This document shows, piece by piece, positions 10,330-19,983 of a DNA stretch of 64,000 nucleotides. A program made the position numbers and the translations under genes. The notes below the pieces were generated by a model. That model was given only the letters and a program-made list of their open reading frames with translations. It was not told the origin of the DNA and did no database searches. The stretch's first letter is position 1, and the number at the start of each line of letters is the position of its first letter. Source of the DNA: an uncultured Planctomycetota bacterium (GTDB lineage: Bacteria; Planctomycetota; Planctomycetia; Isosphaerales; Isosphaeraceae); assembly GCA_963823665.1 (NCBI GenBank), contig CAWGMQ010000004.1:2624001-2688000 (forward strand), given 5' to 3'.

Positions 10330-11619
10330 TCACTGAAGCGGGAGCTCGCGCTTGCCCTTACGCTGGGTGAAGTAGTTGAACACTTCCTGGACGTTGCTCG
10401 TCACGCTCGCGACGAGCATTCCGGCGGGGGTCTCCGGAACCGGGAACAGGGTGCCCAGCTCGCGTTCGACGCGACGGCTCATGTCCTCTTTATTGAGTGA
10501 CGTGAGCGTGCCCAAAGTGATGGACTTCTTGAGCGCGTCGAGGGGCTGTCCGCGTTCAATGCCCCGGGAAACCTTTTCGGTGATCTCTTCAACATATCCG
10601 CGAAATTGGGACAACACGGACTTCCCCTCCTGGATGGAGCCGTGTCCCGGGATGACGCGGTCAAACTCCAGGGCCTCGAGTGCTCTTAACGTGGCTGGCC
10701 ACTCGTCCGGGAAGCCGTCACCCATGTAGGGAAGGAGGCCGTGCATCAGGTCGCCCGTTGCGATCACGCGCTCCGAGGGGACGAAGGCGACGACGTCACC
10801 CGCCGTGTGTGCGCGACCCAGGAACAGAAGATGGACCTCGCGGCCGCCGCGATGGATGACCAGTCGCCGCTCAAAAGTCATCGACGGGAGACTCAAGCGC
10901 GGAGGCGCCATCTCCTTTCGGTATTCCTCGAGTCCCTCGATGTGTGCCTTCAGAACGGCGCGTTCCGATTCGTCCTTGCTCGCTTCGAGCTTGCTGCGAA
11001 GTGCGGCGATCTGCTGCGGCACGGAGTCAATCGACTCCTTGAGCCGTGACATCCCAAGTTTCTCCATCCACTCTCGTGTCTTCAACGACGAGATCACCTC
11101 GACGTTAGCGCCGAATACCTCGGGGTAGGCTTCGTTGCCCATGGCGTGGTCACCGTGAAGGTGGCTGTCGACCACATAGCGCACTGGAAGCTGGGTGATC
11201 TCGTCCCGGATCTGCCGGATGAGGGCTTTTGCGGCCGAGGGTTTCGAATGGGTGTCGACGACCAGAACGTGGTCGCGATTGACGATGATCGCCGCGTTGC
11301 AGTTCAGCATCGCCGTGGGCTTGGCGATCGCGCCATAAATGCCGTCTGCGACCTTTTTGAAGTCAAAGAGCGTGGCTCGAGCCTGGCCGCGCGGCGGAAC
11401 CGGGTTGTCGTCAGGGAACGTCTTGACCAGCGATTCGAGTGGCGAGCCGCTCGCGGCGGACAGGAGCCCAGCGGTCATCAATTGCCCCAAGACTTGACGG
11501 CGGGTCGGTTGAAACTCAGGAGTGAGTACGGATCGGGCAGGGGAGTGCGTTCGAATAACCTGGCTGTCGTGATGATGGGAATGGTGGTGGTGATGGCCGC
11601 GAAAATTCGACTGACACAT
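10330..11619 (-). CDS. MBL-fold metallo-hydrolase (cyclase-like) with His-rich leader and Tat-like signal
   Basis: SHLHGDH, AHTAGD, GDL, IPGHG motifs; TRRQVLG. Confidence 0.9.
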   Translation of the reverse strand: MCQSNFRGHHHHHSHHHDSQVIRTHSPARSVLTPEFQPTRRQVLGQLMTAGLLSAASGSPLESLVKTFPDDNPVPPRGQARATLFDFKKVADGIYGAIAKPTAMLNCNAAIIVNRDHVLVVDTHSKPSAAKALIRQIRDEITQLPVRYVVDSHLHGDHAMGNEAYPEVFGANVEVISSLKTREWMEKLGMSRLKESIDSVPQQIAALRSKLEASKDESERAVLKAHIEGLEEYRKEMAPPRLSLPSMTFERRLVIHRGGREVHLLFLGRAHTAGDVVAFVPSERVIATGDLMHGLLPYMGDGFPDEWPATLRALEALEFDRVIPGHGSIQEGKSVLSQFRGYVEEITEKVSRGIERGQPLDALKKSITLGTLTSLNKEDMSRRVERELGTLFPVPETPAGMLVASVTSNVQEVFNYFTQRKGKRELPLQ

Positions 11620-12115
11620 GTCGCCCCTCGGAAGTGCTGCAGGATAAGTCGGGTCTAACATTCGTATTTCGCTATCGAATCATCAATACCGTGCGCGATC
11701 GTCCGGAACAACCGCTCTGTGGCCGGCGAGAGATCCTGGCCGGGATTTCTGTCGGGTCCGATCAATACCGAACATCGTCGATGATCTGTTCTTCAGGCGG
11801 CAGACGGCTCAAGTCGCTATAATCGCACTTGTTGTGCGTATGGTCCGGATTCAGTGCCCGTCACACCGACCGTTGCGGAGAGCCCGGGCCTGCCGTCTTG
11901 GCATCGAGAAGTAGCTGTTGAAGCGCGAGCGACGTCAAGATTCGTTGCCTCCCGATATGGCTCTCTGTGTCCTCGTTTCGCCGGCATCCGGGGGCCGGAA
12001 GGACTCGATCCTCTAGACCCGCCGTTCACGTCAGCGATGGCTTTGGCCGCTCGGTGTTACGCTGCGGTTAACCCGAGATGATTGCCCGTAGGTGCCACCA
12101 GCGAGGTCTCAGGCC

Positions 12116-12772
12116 ATGATGCGGCTCCCACGATTCACTCTGTGGCAGATGATGCTCGTCGTCGCCCTGATCGCGGTCAACCTGGCCGCATTCCTTTTCG
12201 TCGCCAGGCCATTCCACGAAAACCGGGACCGCCTCTACCTGACGCTGGGCACCGTTCCGATGCTCGACGCCCTGGTGATCACCGGCTGGCTCGTGGTCAC
12301 CAGGCGCCGGCCGTTCCTTGTGGGCTTCCTCTACTGGGGAGCGGCGGCGCTCGCGATTCACGTCTACTGCTACCTGGCGACCAAGGGAATAGTGCAGGGA
12401 TGGTGCGAGAAGACCTCCTCGGACTTCTACGGCTTCTGCGTCCACCACAACATTCCGGGCCATTTCGCGCCCCGAGGTACTCCGGCCTTCTACCGATTCT
12501 TCTTCCCGGCCTTGGCCCCGATCATCTCCGCCCCTCAATTCACCGTCGCCCTGTTCGGCGGGGTGCTGGAGGCTGCGGTGAGTCGGGCCTTTCGAGGATG
12601 GCGCATCCCCCACCTGGCACTGATACGGACCATAGTGCTGCTCGGTGTGCTGGCGGTCGTCGGCGACCTCGGCCCGCGCAGGTCGGCCGAGGTGACGCGG
12701 GTGGCGGCGGCCGGCGCGGTGACGCTGCTGGCGCTTCACTTATGGTGGCACCATCGCCGCTCGGGCGTTTGA
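12116..12772 (+). CDS. Hypothetical multi-pass membrane protein
   Basis: PRFTLWQMMLVVALIAVNLA start; several hydrophobic segments. Confidence 0.75.
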   Translation: MMRLPRFTLWQMMLVVALIAVNLAAFLFVARPFHENRDRLYLTLGTVPMLDALVITGWLVVTRRRPFLVGFLYWGAAALAIHVYCYLATKGIVQGWCEKTSSDFYGFCVHHNIPGHFAPRGTPAFYRFFFPALAPIISAPQFTVALFGGVLEAAVSRAFRGWRIPHLALIRTIVLLGVLAVVGDLGPRRSAEVTRVAAAGAVTLLALHLWWHHRRSGV

Positions 12773-13014
12773 GCTGGTGCTGCCCGGCACGGACTCGCCA
12801 GGGGCGCCCGCGCCAGGCTGCCGGTAATGCCTCAGATCTTCGGAGTGAGTCTTGCGTCGTTGCCGTTCGACGCTGAAAATATTGGCGGGATCGGGAGTCG
12901 GAACGGGATCCGATCGATTGCTGTCCCATTCCCAATCAGCATTGCCATGACTTTTCCGCTTCGCGGCTCAATGCATCTTCGGGAACCTCAAGCCCTTCGC
13001 AAGGACCACTGACC

Positions 13015-15297
13015 GTGAGCACGATCCAGGTGGCAACAGAGTCGGCGCCCTTGCTGGCCCAGGGGACGGCTGAGGGTCTCTCCGCCAAGCCGGCCACGAA
13101 CGGCCAATTGACCGATCAAGAACTGTTTGCGCCGTTCGAGCGCGCGCGGCTCGAGCCGAACCGGATCTCACCGCTGTATCGCATCGGTCTCCTTCTCGTC
13201 ATGGCGATGATGGTTCTGCTGCCGCTCATTTACATCGGCCTGATCGGGCTGATCGCGTATGGCGTGTGGATCCACATGACGAACAACACGGGAATCCTGA
13301 CGGCCGCGCATGGGTCACGCGGCGGCAGGGGCGCGCTGCTCGTGTACTGCACTCCGATCGTCGCTGGCGCGACGGCGATCCTTTTCATGATCAAACCGCT
13401 CTTCGCCCCGCGCCCGAAGGAGGTGCCGCGCTACTCCCTCGATCCGGCCAGGGAGCCTCGATTATTTCAATTTGTGGAATGCTTGTGTCGCACCGTCCGC
13501 GCACCGATTCCGAGGCGAATCGACCTGGATACGCAGGTCAACGCCTCCGCGAGCTTCCGGCGCGGATTCGTGAGCATGCTGGGCAGCGACACGGTGCTGA
13601 CGATCGGATTGCCGTTGGTTTCGGGAATGACGCTGCGCCAGCTCACCGGAGTACTGGCGCATGAATTTGGCCACTTTGCGCAAGGTAGCGGCATGCGAGT
13701 GACCTACGTGATCCGCTCGGTGAACGCCTGGTTCGCGCGGGTTGTCTACGAAAGGGATGCATGGGACCAGAAGCTCGCCGATTGGTCGGACCAGGCAGGT
13801 CGCGAGCTGGCGCTCGTGATGTGGGCCTGCCGGCTTCTCGTCTGGCTTGCGCGTCGCGTGCTCTGGGGACTTATGTGGGCCGGTCACTTCGTGAGTTGTT
13901 TCATGCTTCGCGAGATGGAGTACGATGCGGACCGGTATGAAGCTCGCGTCGCCGGCAGCGAAACGTTCGCACAGACCGCCGACCGGCTTCTGGTGCTTTC
14001 GCTGGCCAGCCAGGGGGCGCATTCCGACCTCGTCCACGCGTGGCAGGCGAACCGGCTGGCCGACGACCTGCCAGGATTGATTCTGGAGAACGTCGGCGAG
14101 CTTCAGCGAGCGCACTCAGGGGTTCTTGCGGCTGCTCGCAAGTCAAGCGCCGGTGAGACCACCAAGGTGTTCGCCACGCACCCGGCGGACCGCGATCGGA
14201 TCGCGAGCGCCGCACGCGAGCGGGCACCGGGGCTGTTCCAGATCGATGCCCCCGCGACCGTCCTGTTCCACGACTACGACCACGTCGCCCGCGAGGTGAC
14301 GCTGGAGTTCTACAAGAACGTGATCGGACAGGAAGTCGAGCCAAGGAACTTGATTCCGACTTCCCGCCTGCTCGCCGAGCAGTCCGATCGGCTCGAAGGA
14401 CACAAGGCAGTGCGACGGTATCTGCAAGGCGACGTCTCCAGCGAGTACCGCTTGTTCCTCGGAGCGATCGAGCTCTCGCAATCAATCGAGCCGGCGCAAG
14501 CGAAAGATCAACTTCGCGCAGCCCGCGCACGCATGCTCGAGGCTCTGCCACGATACCAGGAGGCGCTCACGGCGTTTCTCGAAGCCGACCAAAGTCGCGA
14601 CAGAGCGGAGAGCGTCGCGACGCGGATGGCCGGGGGGATCCGAGACGGCGCGAGCGGCCTGAAGTTGAGCGCAGCGGGCCATGCGGCGGCAAAACAGGCA
14701 CGAGAGGAGCTCGGTGCGGCCCGCACCGAGCGACTCCGGGATCTCGACGCGGCGGCACAGCCAATCGACGGCCGCATGCGGTTGGCCTTTCCCCTGCTCT
14801 GTGTGCCCGAGATCGCCGCCGGAGTCGGCGATGGAAGTGACCTCGCCGCCGCACGCTGCGGGAAGCTGCTCGATGCGCGAGAATCGCTCCGTCGCGCCTG
14901 GCCGCACATCGAAAATCTGCGTCTCAAGGTGGCATTGCTGGGTACTCTGTTCAACGACCTGAACAACAACAAGGAGAACACGAGCCTGGTCACCCAGATC
15001 AAGTTGGTCGCCTCGCAAATCATGTTCCTGCTGCGCAACGCGCGCGCCACACTGGACGCGGCGCCCTACCCCTACGAACATGGCAGCGGAACGATCAGCA
15101 TAGGCAGGGATTTCGTTCCGGCGGTTCCTGGACCTGAGGAATACGCCGAGCTTTTTGGCGCGGCGCAGGGCCTGGTTGCCAAGTACTATTCACTCGACTA
15201 TCGACTGTTCTCCGACCTCATCGTCCTCGCAGAGCGAATCGAAACGGCCATCGGCCTCGAGGTGCTCGCCGATCCCCCGGAGATTCCTTCGGCTTAG
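13015..15297 (+). CDS. M48 (HtpX-like) zinc metallopeptidase with long C-terminal extension
   Basis: Two N-terminal TMs, LAHEFGH, REMEYDAD, THPADRDRI. Confidence 0.9.
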   Translation: MSTIQVATESAPLLAQGTAEGLSAKPATNGQLTDQELFAPFERARLEPNRISPLYRIGLLLVMAMMVLLPLIYIGLIGLIAYGVWIHMTNNTGILTAAHGSRGGRGALLVYCTPIVAGATAILFMIKPLFAPRPKEVPRYSLDPAREPRLFQFVECLCRTVRAPIPRRIDLDTQVNASASFRRGFVSMLGSDTVLTIGLPLVSGMTLRQLTGVLAHEFGHFAQGSGMRVTYVIRSVNAWFARVVYERDAWDQKLADWSDQAGRELALVMWACRLLVWLARRVLWGLMWAGHFVSCFMLREMEYDADRYEARVAGSETFAQTADRLLVLSLASQGAHSDLVHAWQANRLADDLPGLILENVGELQRAHSGVLAAARKSSAGETTKVFATHPADRDRIASAARERAPGLFQIDAPATVLFHDYDHVAREVTLEFYKNVIGQEVEPRNLIPTSRLLAEQSDRLEGHKAVRRYLQGDVSSEYRLFLGAIELSQSIEPAQAKDQLRAARARMLEALPRYQEALTAFLEADQSRDRAESVATRMAGGIRDGASGLKLSAAGHAAAKQAREELGAARTERLRDLDAAAQPIDGRMRLAFPLLCVPEIAAGVGDGSDLAAARCGKLLDARESLRRAWPHIENLRLKVALLGTLFNDLNNNKENTSLVTQIKLVASQIMFLLRNARATLDAAPYPYEHGSGTISIGRDFVPAVPGPEEYAELFGAAQGLVAKYYSLDYRLFSDLIVLAERIETAIGLEVLADPPEIPSA

Positions 15298-15388
15298 ACG
15301 CTCGCCCGCTTGGAACAGCTCAGCCGCCTTGCCGCGCTTGAGGCAATGCTGGTCGAAGGTAGTCGACGACGAAAACGACGCTTCGAGG

Positions 15389-16114
15389 TCAAGCCGCAGC
15401 GCAACCGGAGGAGATCGGGCGCTGGGAAGTCGCCCCGGCCGCCGTGGGGTGAGCCGACCAACTGCATCGAGCCGGGCGCCAGCCGTCACAGTCGTCCGAT
15501 TCGGGATCGTCGTCCGACGAATCTTCGGCGGCGGGGACCGGGGTGAACTTGGCGTCTGACCTGAACGCGATCGGCAGGATGCCACGTCTCCGCGCGTCGG
15601 CCACCGAGATGATTATGTAGCCGGACTTGGCGTCCTTGAGCTTTTCGGCGTGTTTCTCGAGGTTAACGTGCCCGACGTTGAACGCGGCGGTGAATGTTAC
15701 CCACGAGGCTTCCTCGACTTCGTCATCGTCGACGACATCACTCAGCTCGTCGACCTCCTTGGCGTCTCCCTCGACGCTCGCGCCGATCAGGGTGGTTTCC
15801 AGGGCGGCGATGTTCTTGCCGTGCTTGTCTGCCTGGAATGCCACGTAGCAGTGCCCCGGGATGAGGACCAAATCATTCGGCGAACGAAGACGAACGCCGA
15901 GGATTCCGCTCCCGTTACCCAGCAAACTGGGGTTGTCGGCCGACCGGGCTTGCTCGTCCTGCCCGCGGACAGTCGACGTCGCGACGATATAGGAAGGGAA
16001 GAGCTGCCGATCCCAGCCGGCGATCGTTGTGAATTCGCCGCGGGCGGAGCCCGTAACAGCCACGCAAATTAACACCAAGCACAGACTTCGGAACGCACCG
16101 CCGCAGCCTCTCAT
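15389..16114 (-). CDS. Hypothetical secreted protein, probably internally deleted
   Basis: Signal peptide, GWDRQLFPSYIVAT, then LVLIPGHCYVAF..LETT (transglutaminase-like His motif without an upstream Cys). Confidence 0.55.
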   Translation of the reverse strand: MRGCGGAFRSLCLVLICVAVTGSARGEFTTIAGWDRQLFPSYIVATSTVRGQDEQARSADNPSLLGNGSGILGVRLRSPNDLVLIPGHCYVAFQADKHGKNIAALETTLIGASVEGDAKEVDELSDVVDDDEVEEASWVTFTAAFNVGHVNLEKHAEKLKDAKSGYIIISVADARRRGILPIAFRSDAKFTPVPAAEDSSDDDPESDDCDGWRPARCSWSAHPTAAGATSQRPISSGCAAA

Positions 16115-16244
16115 AGCCGCCTCCGCAGACCGTCTTTCGGGACTGGGCCATCTACCTGAAACCTAGCACGCATTCGCGGGTCTGTCAGGCTCGAGATGGC
16201 CTCGACTCCCACTCCCACGAGCAACGTTCCCAGGATGTCGGCAA

Positions 16245-16263
16245 TCATATTGTAATTATATGA
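16245..16263 (+). promoter_or_regulatory. Inverted repeat over the hicB start with a -10-like TATTGT
   Basis: TCATAT-N7-ATATGA; TATTGT at 16248-16253, 6 nt before the ATG; no RBS. Confidence 0.45.
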
Positions 16264-16742
16264 AATATAAAGGATACACGGGAACAATAGAAGTCGACGA
16301 GGAAACCAAGGTCCTATTCGGACGCGTGATCGGGCTGCGCGACATGATCACGTTTGACGGTGAATCATTTCCCGAGCTCGAACGAGCGTTCCATGATTCG
16401 GTCGACGTCTACCTGGACTTATGCGCAAAACGGGGAGAGGCCCCGGAGAAGCCATTTTCTGGCCGTTTCATCGTCCGCATTGAACCCGCGCTCCACCGGC
16501 AATTATCCGATACCGCCGAGGCTTCGCGCCTCAGCCTGAACTCGCTCATCGAGAACATTCTAGAAGGCGGTGTAAGAGAACCAAGCAAAAAGCCGGCAAG
16601 CACGGGCGCCAGGCCGAAGAGACCGAAGAAAGCCAATGGAGATAAAGGAGGCGATCCTTCCAGCGGAACCGAACCCGTGCGGCGGAAGGAGAAAGACAAA
16701 GCAAGCCACCCGCTCACCGGGGAGCAAGGCAAAGGCCGGTAG
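16260..16742 (+). CDS. hicB: Type II TA HicB family antitoxin (orphan)
   Basis: MKYKGY, GRVIGLRDMITFDG, FHDSVDVYL, PEKPFSGRFIVRI..LHRQL..SLNSLI (RHH). Confidence 0.9.
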   Translation: MKYKGYTGTIEVDEETKVLFGRVIGLRDMITFDGESFPELERAFHDSVDVYLDLCAKRGEAPEKPFSGRFIVRIEPALHRQLSDTAEASRLSLNSLIENILEGGVREPSKKPASTGARPKRPKKANGDKGGDPSSGTEPVRRKEKDKASHPLTGEQGKGR

Positions 16743-17159
16743 CGGACGGATTACGCGAAAAAGCGCTAGGGATGACGACGATTCCGTCCCGCCGCCGGCC
16801 CCGCGCCTTATCGCGCCGCAAGGGATTAGACGATGGCAATTGCCGAAGCATGCGCCGGTCTGATCGACCGAAGCCATTGCGGCTGATTGACGCACGTCTC
16901 TTTCAAGCACCATTTTGCTATGGGTGCGGAGCATCTGGCCGGTCATTGCAGCAGCGATCTTGCAGGTATGCGCGGTTCTATCGATCCGGAAAACCACAAA
17001 ATCCGCGGCGGGAGTTGCGAATGGGCGGATTCGCGCTACATTCTTATTAAAGCAAAACGTGCTAGCTCGGGTACGGGCGATCGGGCGGGAACGTGATGGC
17101 CGAGCCGGAGATGAATTGATCTCAAGTGAGCGGAATTGTACACGGAAACGGAGGTCGAG

Positions 17160-18798
17160 ATGACGACAGAAGCGCAGGTTCGACGGAATAACCAGAATGC
17201 TAAACATAGCACTGGGCCACGCACCGAAGCGGGGAAGGGGAAATCACGCATGAATGCACTCAAGCATGGATTTACCGCGCAGGTTGTGCTCTTGCCGGGT
17301 GAGAAGCCGGTCGAGTTTAACAAGCGGGTGAACATGTACTTCAAGTGTTATTCGCCGGAGAACGAGTATGAGGTATCGCTAGCTCAGAATATGGCCTATT
17401 GCTCCTGGCAGGTGGACCGGTGCCGGCGTGCGGGATCGGCCCGGGCGTATGCGAACGCCGTGACGGGTCCGATTGATGAAGAGCGGAGAAAAGAGACAGA
17501 GTCGATCGAGCTGTCACAGATCTTGTTTCGAGCACCCTATGGGCGGGCGGCGGAGTGCCCATTTGGCGCTCTGCCCGATGGGGAAGCCGGCCGGGCTTGG
17601 CCGGGGAGTCACGAGCGTGATGAGCACCCCAAGCTGGTGATCATACGGCTGGAAGCGAACCCATTCGGCGTGCTGAGGCTGTTGAGCGAATGGCACACAC
17701 TCGAAGCGCCGCTGCACCAAGGAGAGACCTGGGGTGCGGCAGAGCGGTTCCGGGCGTTCAGGATGCTGGGAATTCACGCCAGCGATGCGCTCCTGGATAC
17801 GCAGCTCACATCCCTTTTGCGCATGCGAGGTGCTCGACGCTGCGGCGGGCAGTCTTGTCGGCGAACTGTGGGGCGAGCTGGTTTCAGCGAATGACCTGCC
17901 CATGATTGAAAACCAGTACCGGCGCAACGTCGAATTTCGCCCGGCGATGGACCGGGACTCGGCGCGGGAGCACTTGATCGCAATCGTTCGACGCCAGATC
18001 ACTAGGCTCGAGGCGCTGGCTCAAGAACACCGGGAACGGGAAGAGTTCCTGGCTGGGCTGCACCCGAGCGTCGCGGCGTTTGATACGAGCCACGAGGGCT
18101 TGCTTGTCCTGCGATACGAGTTCGCCTGGCTCCGCTTGCTGGATCGGAGCGGTAGCGAGCTGCGCAAGCAATATGAGGCGAGACTGAAGAATGGGCAGTC
18201 GTACCAACGCCATTACCATTTGCCACCATCGCCGGGCTGGATTCTTCCTGAAGACGAGATGGCCGAGGATGCGGGTGAGTGTGATCAAGATCATTGCGCC
18301 GGTTTGCGGGGTGAGGGCGAGGGTGCGGAGGTGTGCGCGATCGCGGAATCGAGGGAGGACGAAGTCGGCCAGGTGGCCGAAACGGCCGCGGTGCGAAACG
18401 AACCCAAGGGCGTAAGTGGGCTGGAGGAGAGGATATTGGAAGAGTCGGAGACGCGGGTGCGAAACGAACCCAAGGTTGAGCGTGATGCGGAGCTGGTCGC
18501 CATGGAGGTTGGGGCGGTGTCGTTGCGAAACGAACCCAACGGCGGTGTGAGAAGATCACGCTTAGCGTTACCTTCATCTTCAATTTCGCGGGATGGTGGG
18601 AACGGATTTGATGCTTCCGGAAGCTTTGCGCGGATCATGGGGGGAGCGATGCGGGATCTGGAGCGGGACCTGCCGGTACCGACGGTTCGGTTGGCGAGCG
18701 CCGGGGAACTTGTGCGAGGGTCGTCGGCGGGTGGCGGGTCGCGGCGGGAACGGAGGCGGAGGAAGGCGGAGGCCCGGGTGCGGGCTAAGTCGTGCTGA
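17160..18798 (+). CDS. Uncharacterised NAxxSTGPxTxxGK..NALKHG family protein with RNEP repeats, frameshift near 17820
   Basis: RBS GGAGG; ORFs 17136-17894 and 17734-18798 join at ..TSLL/ACEVLD. Confidence 0.7.
18392..18539 (+). repeat. Three invariant 16-bp cores at an exact 66-bp period
   Basis: TGCGAAACGAACCCAA at 18392, 18458 and 18524. Confidence 0.9.
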
Positions 18799-18825
18799 AT
18801 GGGCGACGGTTGCGGATCGGAGGGA

Positions 18826-18869
18826 GACCTTCGGTCACGGGTAGGGCGGGGTCAGAGACCCGCGCCAAC
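18826..18869. repeat. REP-like element, same family as 31047-31190
   Basis: GACCTTCGGTC..GGGCGGGGTCAGAGACCCGCGCCAAC. Confidence 0.75.
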
Positions 18870-19006
18870 GCGCTGGCGAGCGCGGGCGAAAGTGTTGAAC
18901 GGACAATTATCAAACCGTGCATCCATTGCCTCTGCGTATGAGTGTACGCAATAATTCAGACAGCGTGCGGAGTTTGCGTGTCCTTTCAGGGAGGCATGGA
19001 CAGATC

Positions 19007-19870
19007 ATGGCGCGCCGGAAGCTCGTTATACTGAGTGCGACAGCAATCCTCGTCGCGACGGTCGGGTTTGCACATGCCGGAATGCGGCGGAGGCACGGCG
19101 GTGGCGGCGGGCATGGCGGTGGGAACCGTTCGCAAGGAGGGGGTCTGGGACTCGGCGGAGGATTTGGCGGATTCGGGCCGTTTTACGGTGGGTTCGGGGT
19201 GGGGATACCGATTTTTTACCCACCCATCTTTGTCGTCGGGCCCGGGATGTTCGTGGCGCCTATGGCGAACGGACCGCTCATGCCGTTGCCGCCACCGGGA
19301 TTGCTCTCACCGCCGGCGGGGCCTGGAGGCAATGCCGGCGCGATGAACAATGGGCGACAAGACGGGCGGGTGAAGGCCGCTGATCCGGCGCGGGCGGCGC
19401 AGCTCATCATCGTGGGCGATAGGCTCGTCCGTGCCGGCAACTTGAAGAAAGCCGAGGAACGGTACCTTCAAGCCATGCGGGCTGCGCCGGATCTGGCTGC
19501 GCCACGCGTGCGACTGGCCGTCGTGGCCGCCATGCGGGGTAATTATGCCGACGCCGCGACAAGGCTACGGGAGGCGGAGACGGCGGAGCCGGGATGGATC
19601 ATCAATTCGCAGGATATCCAGGTTATTTTCGGCGAACCGACGGACTTCACCAAGCAGCTTGCACGGGTCGAGTCGCATGTGAATACGCACCCGGAAGACC
19701 GGGATGCCTGGCTGGTGCTGGGAGCCGAGTGGTTTCTGTCGGGACGGACCGCGAAGGCGGCGGATGTGTTCAAGCGGCTGCAGGATCCGGACAGGAAGTC
19801 GGATGTGGCGCTGACGGCATTTCTTGAGGCGTCGAATCAGGAGAAGGAGCGGAGGGAGAGGGACAGGTAG
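19007..19870 (+). CDS. Secreted Gly/Pro-rich TPR protein
   Basis: Signal MARRKLVILS..AHA, Gly-rich stretch, TPR-like C-terminal half. Confidence 0.8.
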   Translation: MARRKLVILSATAILVATVGFAHAGMRRRHGGGGGHGGGNRSQGGGLGLGGGFGGFGPFYGGFGVGIPIFYPPIFVVGPGMFVAPMANGPLMPLPPPGLLSPPAGPGGNAGAMNNGRQDGRVKAADPARAAQLIIVGDRLVRAGNLKKAEERYLQAMRAAPDLAAPRVRLAVVAAMRGNYADAATRLREAETAEPGWIINSQDIQVIFGEPTDFTKQLARVESHVNTHPEDRDAWLVLGAEWFLSGRTAKAADVFKRLQDPDRKSDVALTAFLEASNQEKERRERDR

Positions 19871-19897
19871 TCAGGGCGGAGGGCGGAAAGGGAAGGG

Positions 19898-19951
19898 GGG
19901 ATTGGGATTGGGATTAGGATTAGGATTAAGATTGAGATTAAGATTAGGAGT
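19898..19951. repeat. Degenerate hexamer tandem repeat (RRGATT) x8-9
   Basis: gggatt gggatt gggatt aggatt aggatt aagatt gagatt aagatt aggagt. Confidence 0.85.
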
Positions 19952-19983
19952 AAGTGCGCGGAAATTGGTTGGGCTTTGGATTC

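Noticed and set aside
18392..18539. Canonical CRISPR mini-array
   Set aside because: The 66-bp period is CRISPR-like, but the repeat is only 16 bp, non-palindromic, in a coding frame, with no leader or cas genes; kept as an unexplained repeat.
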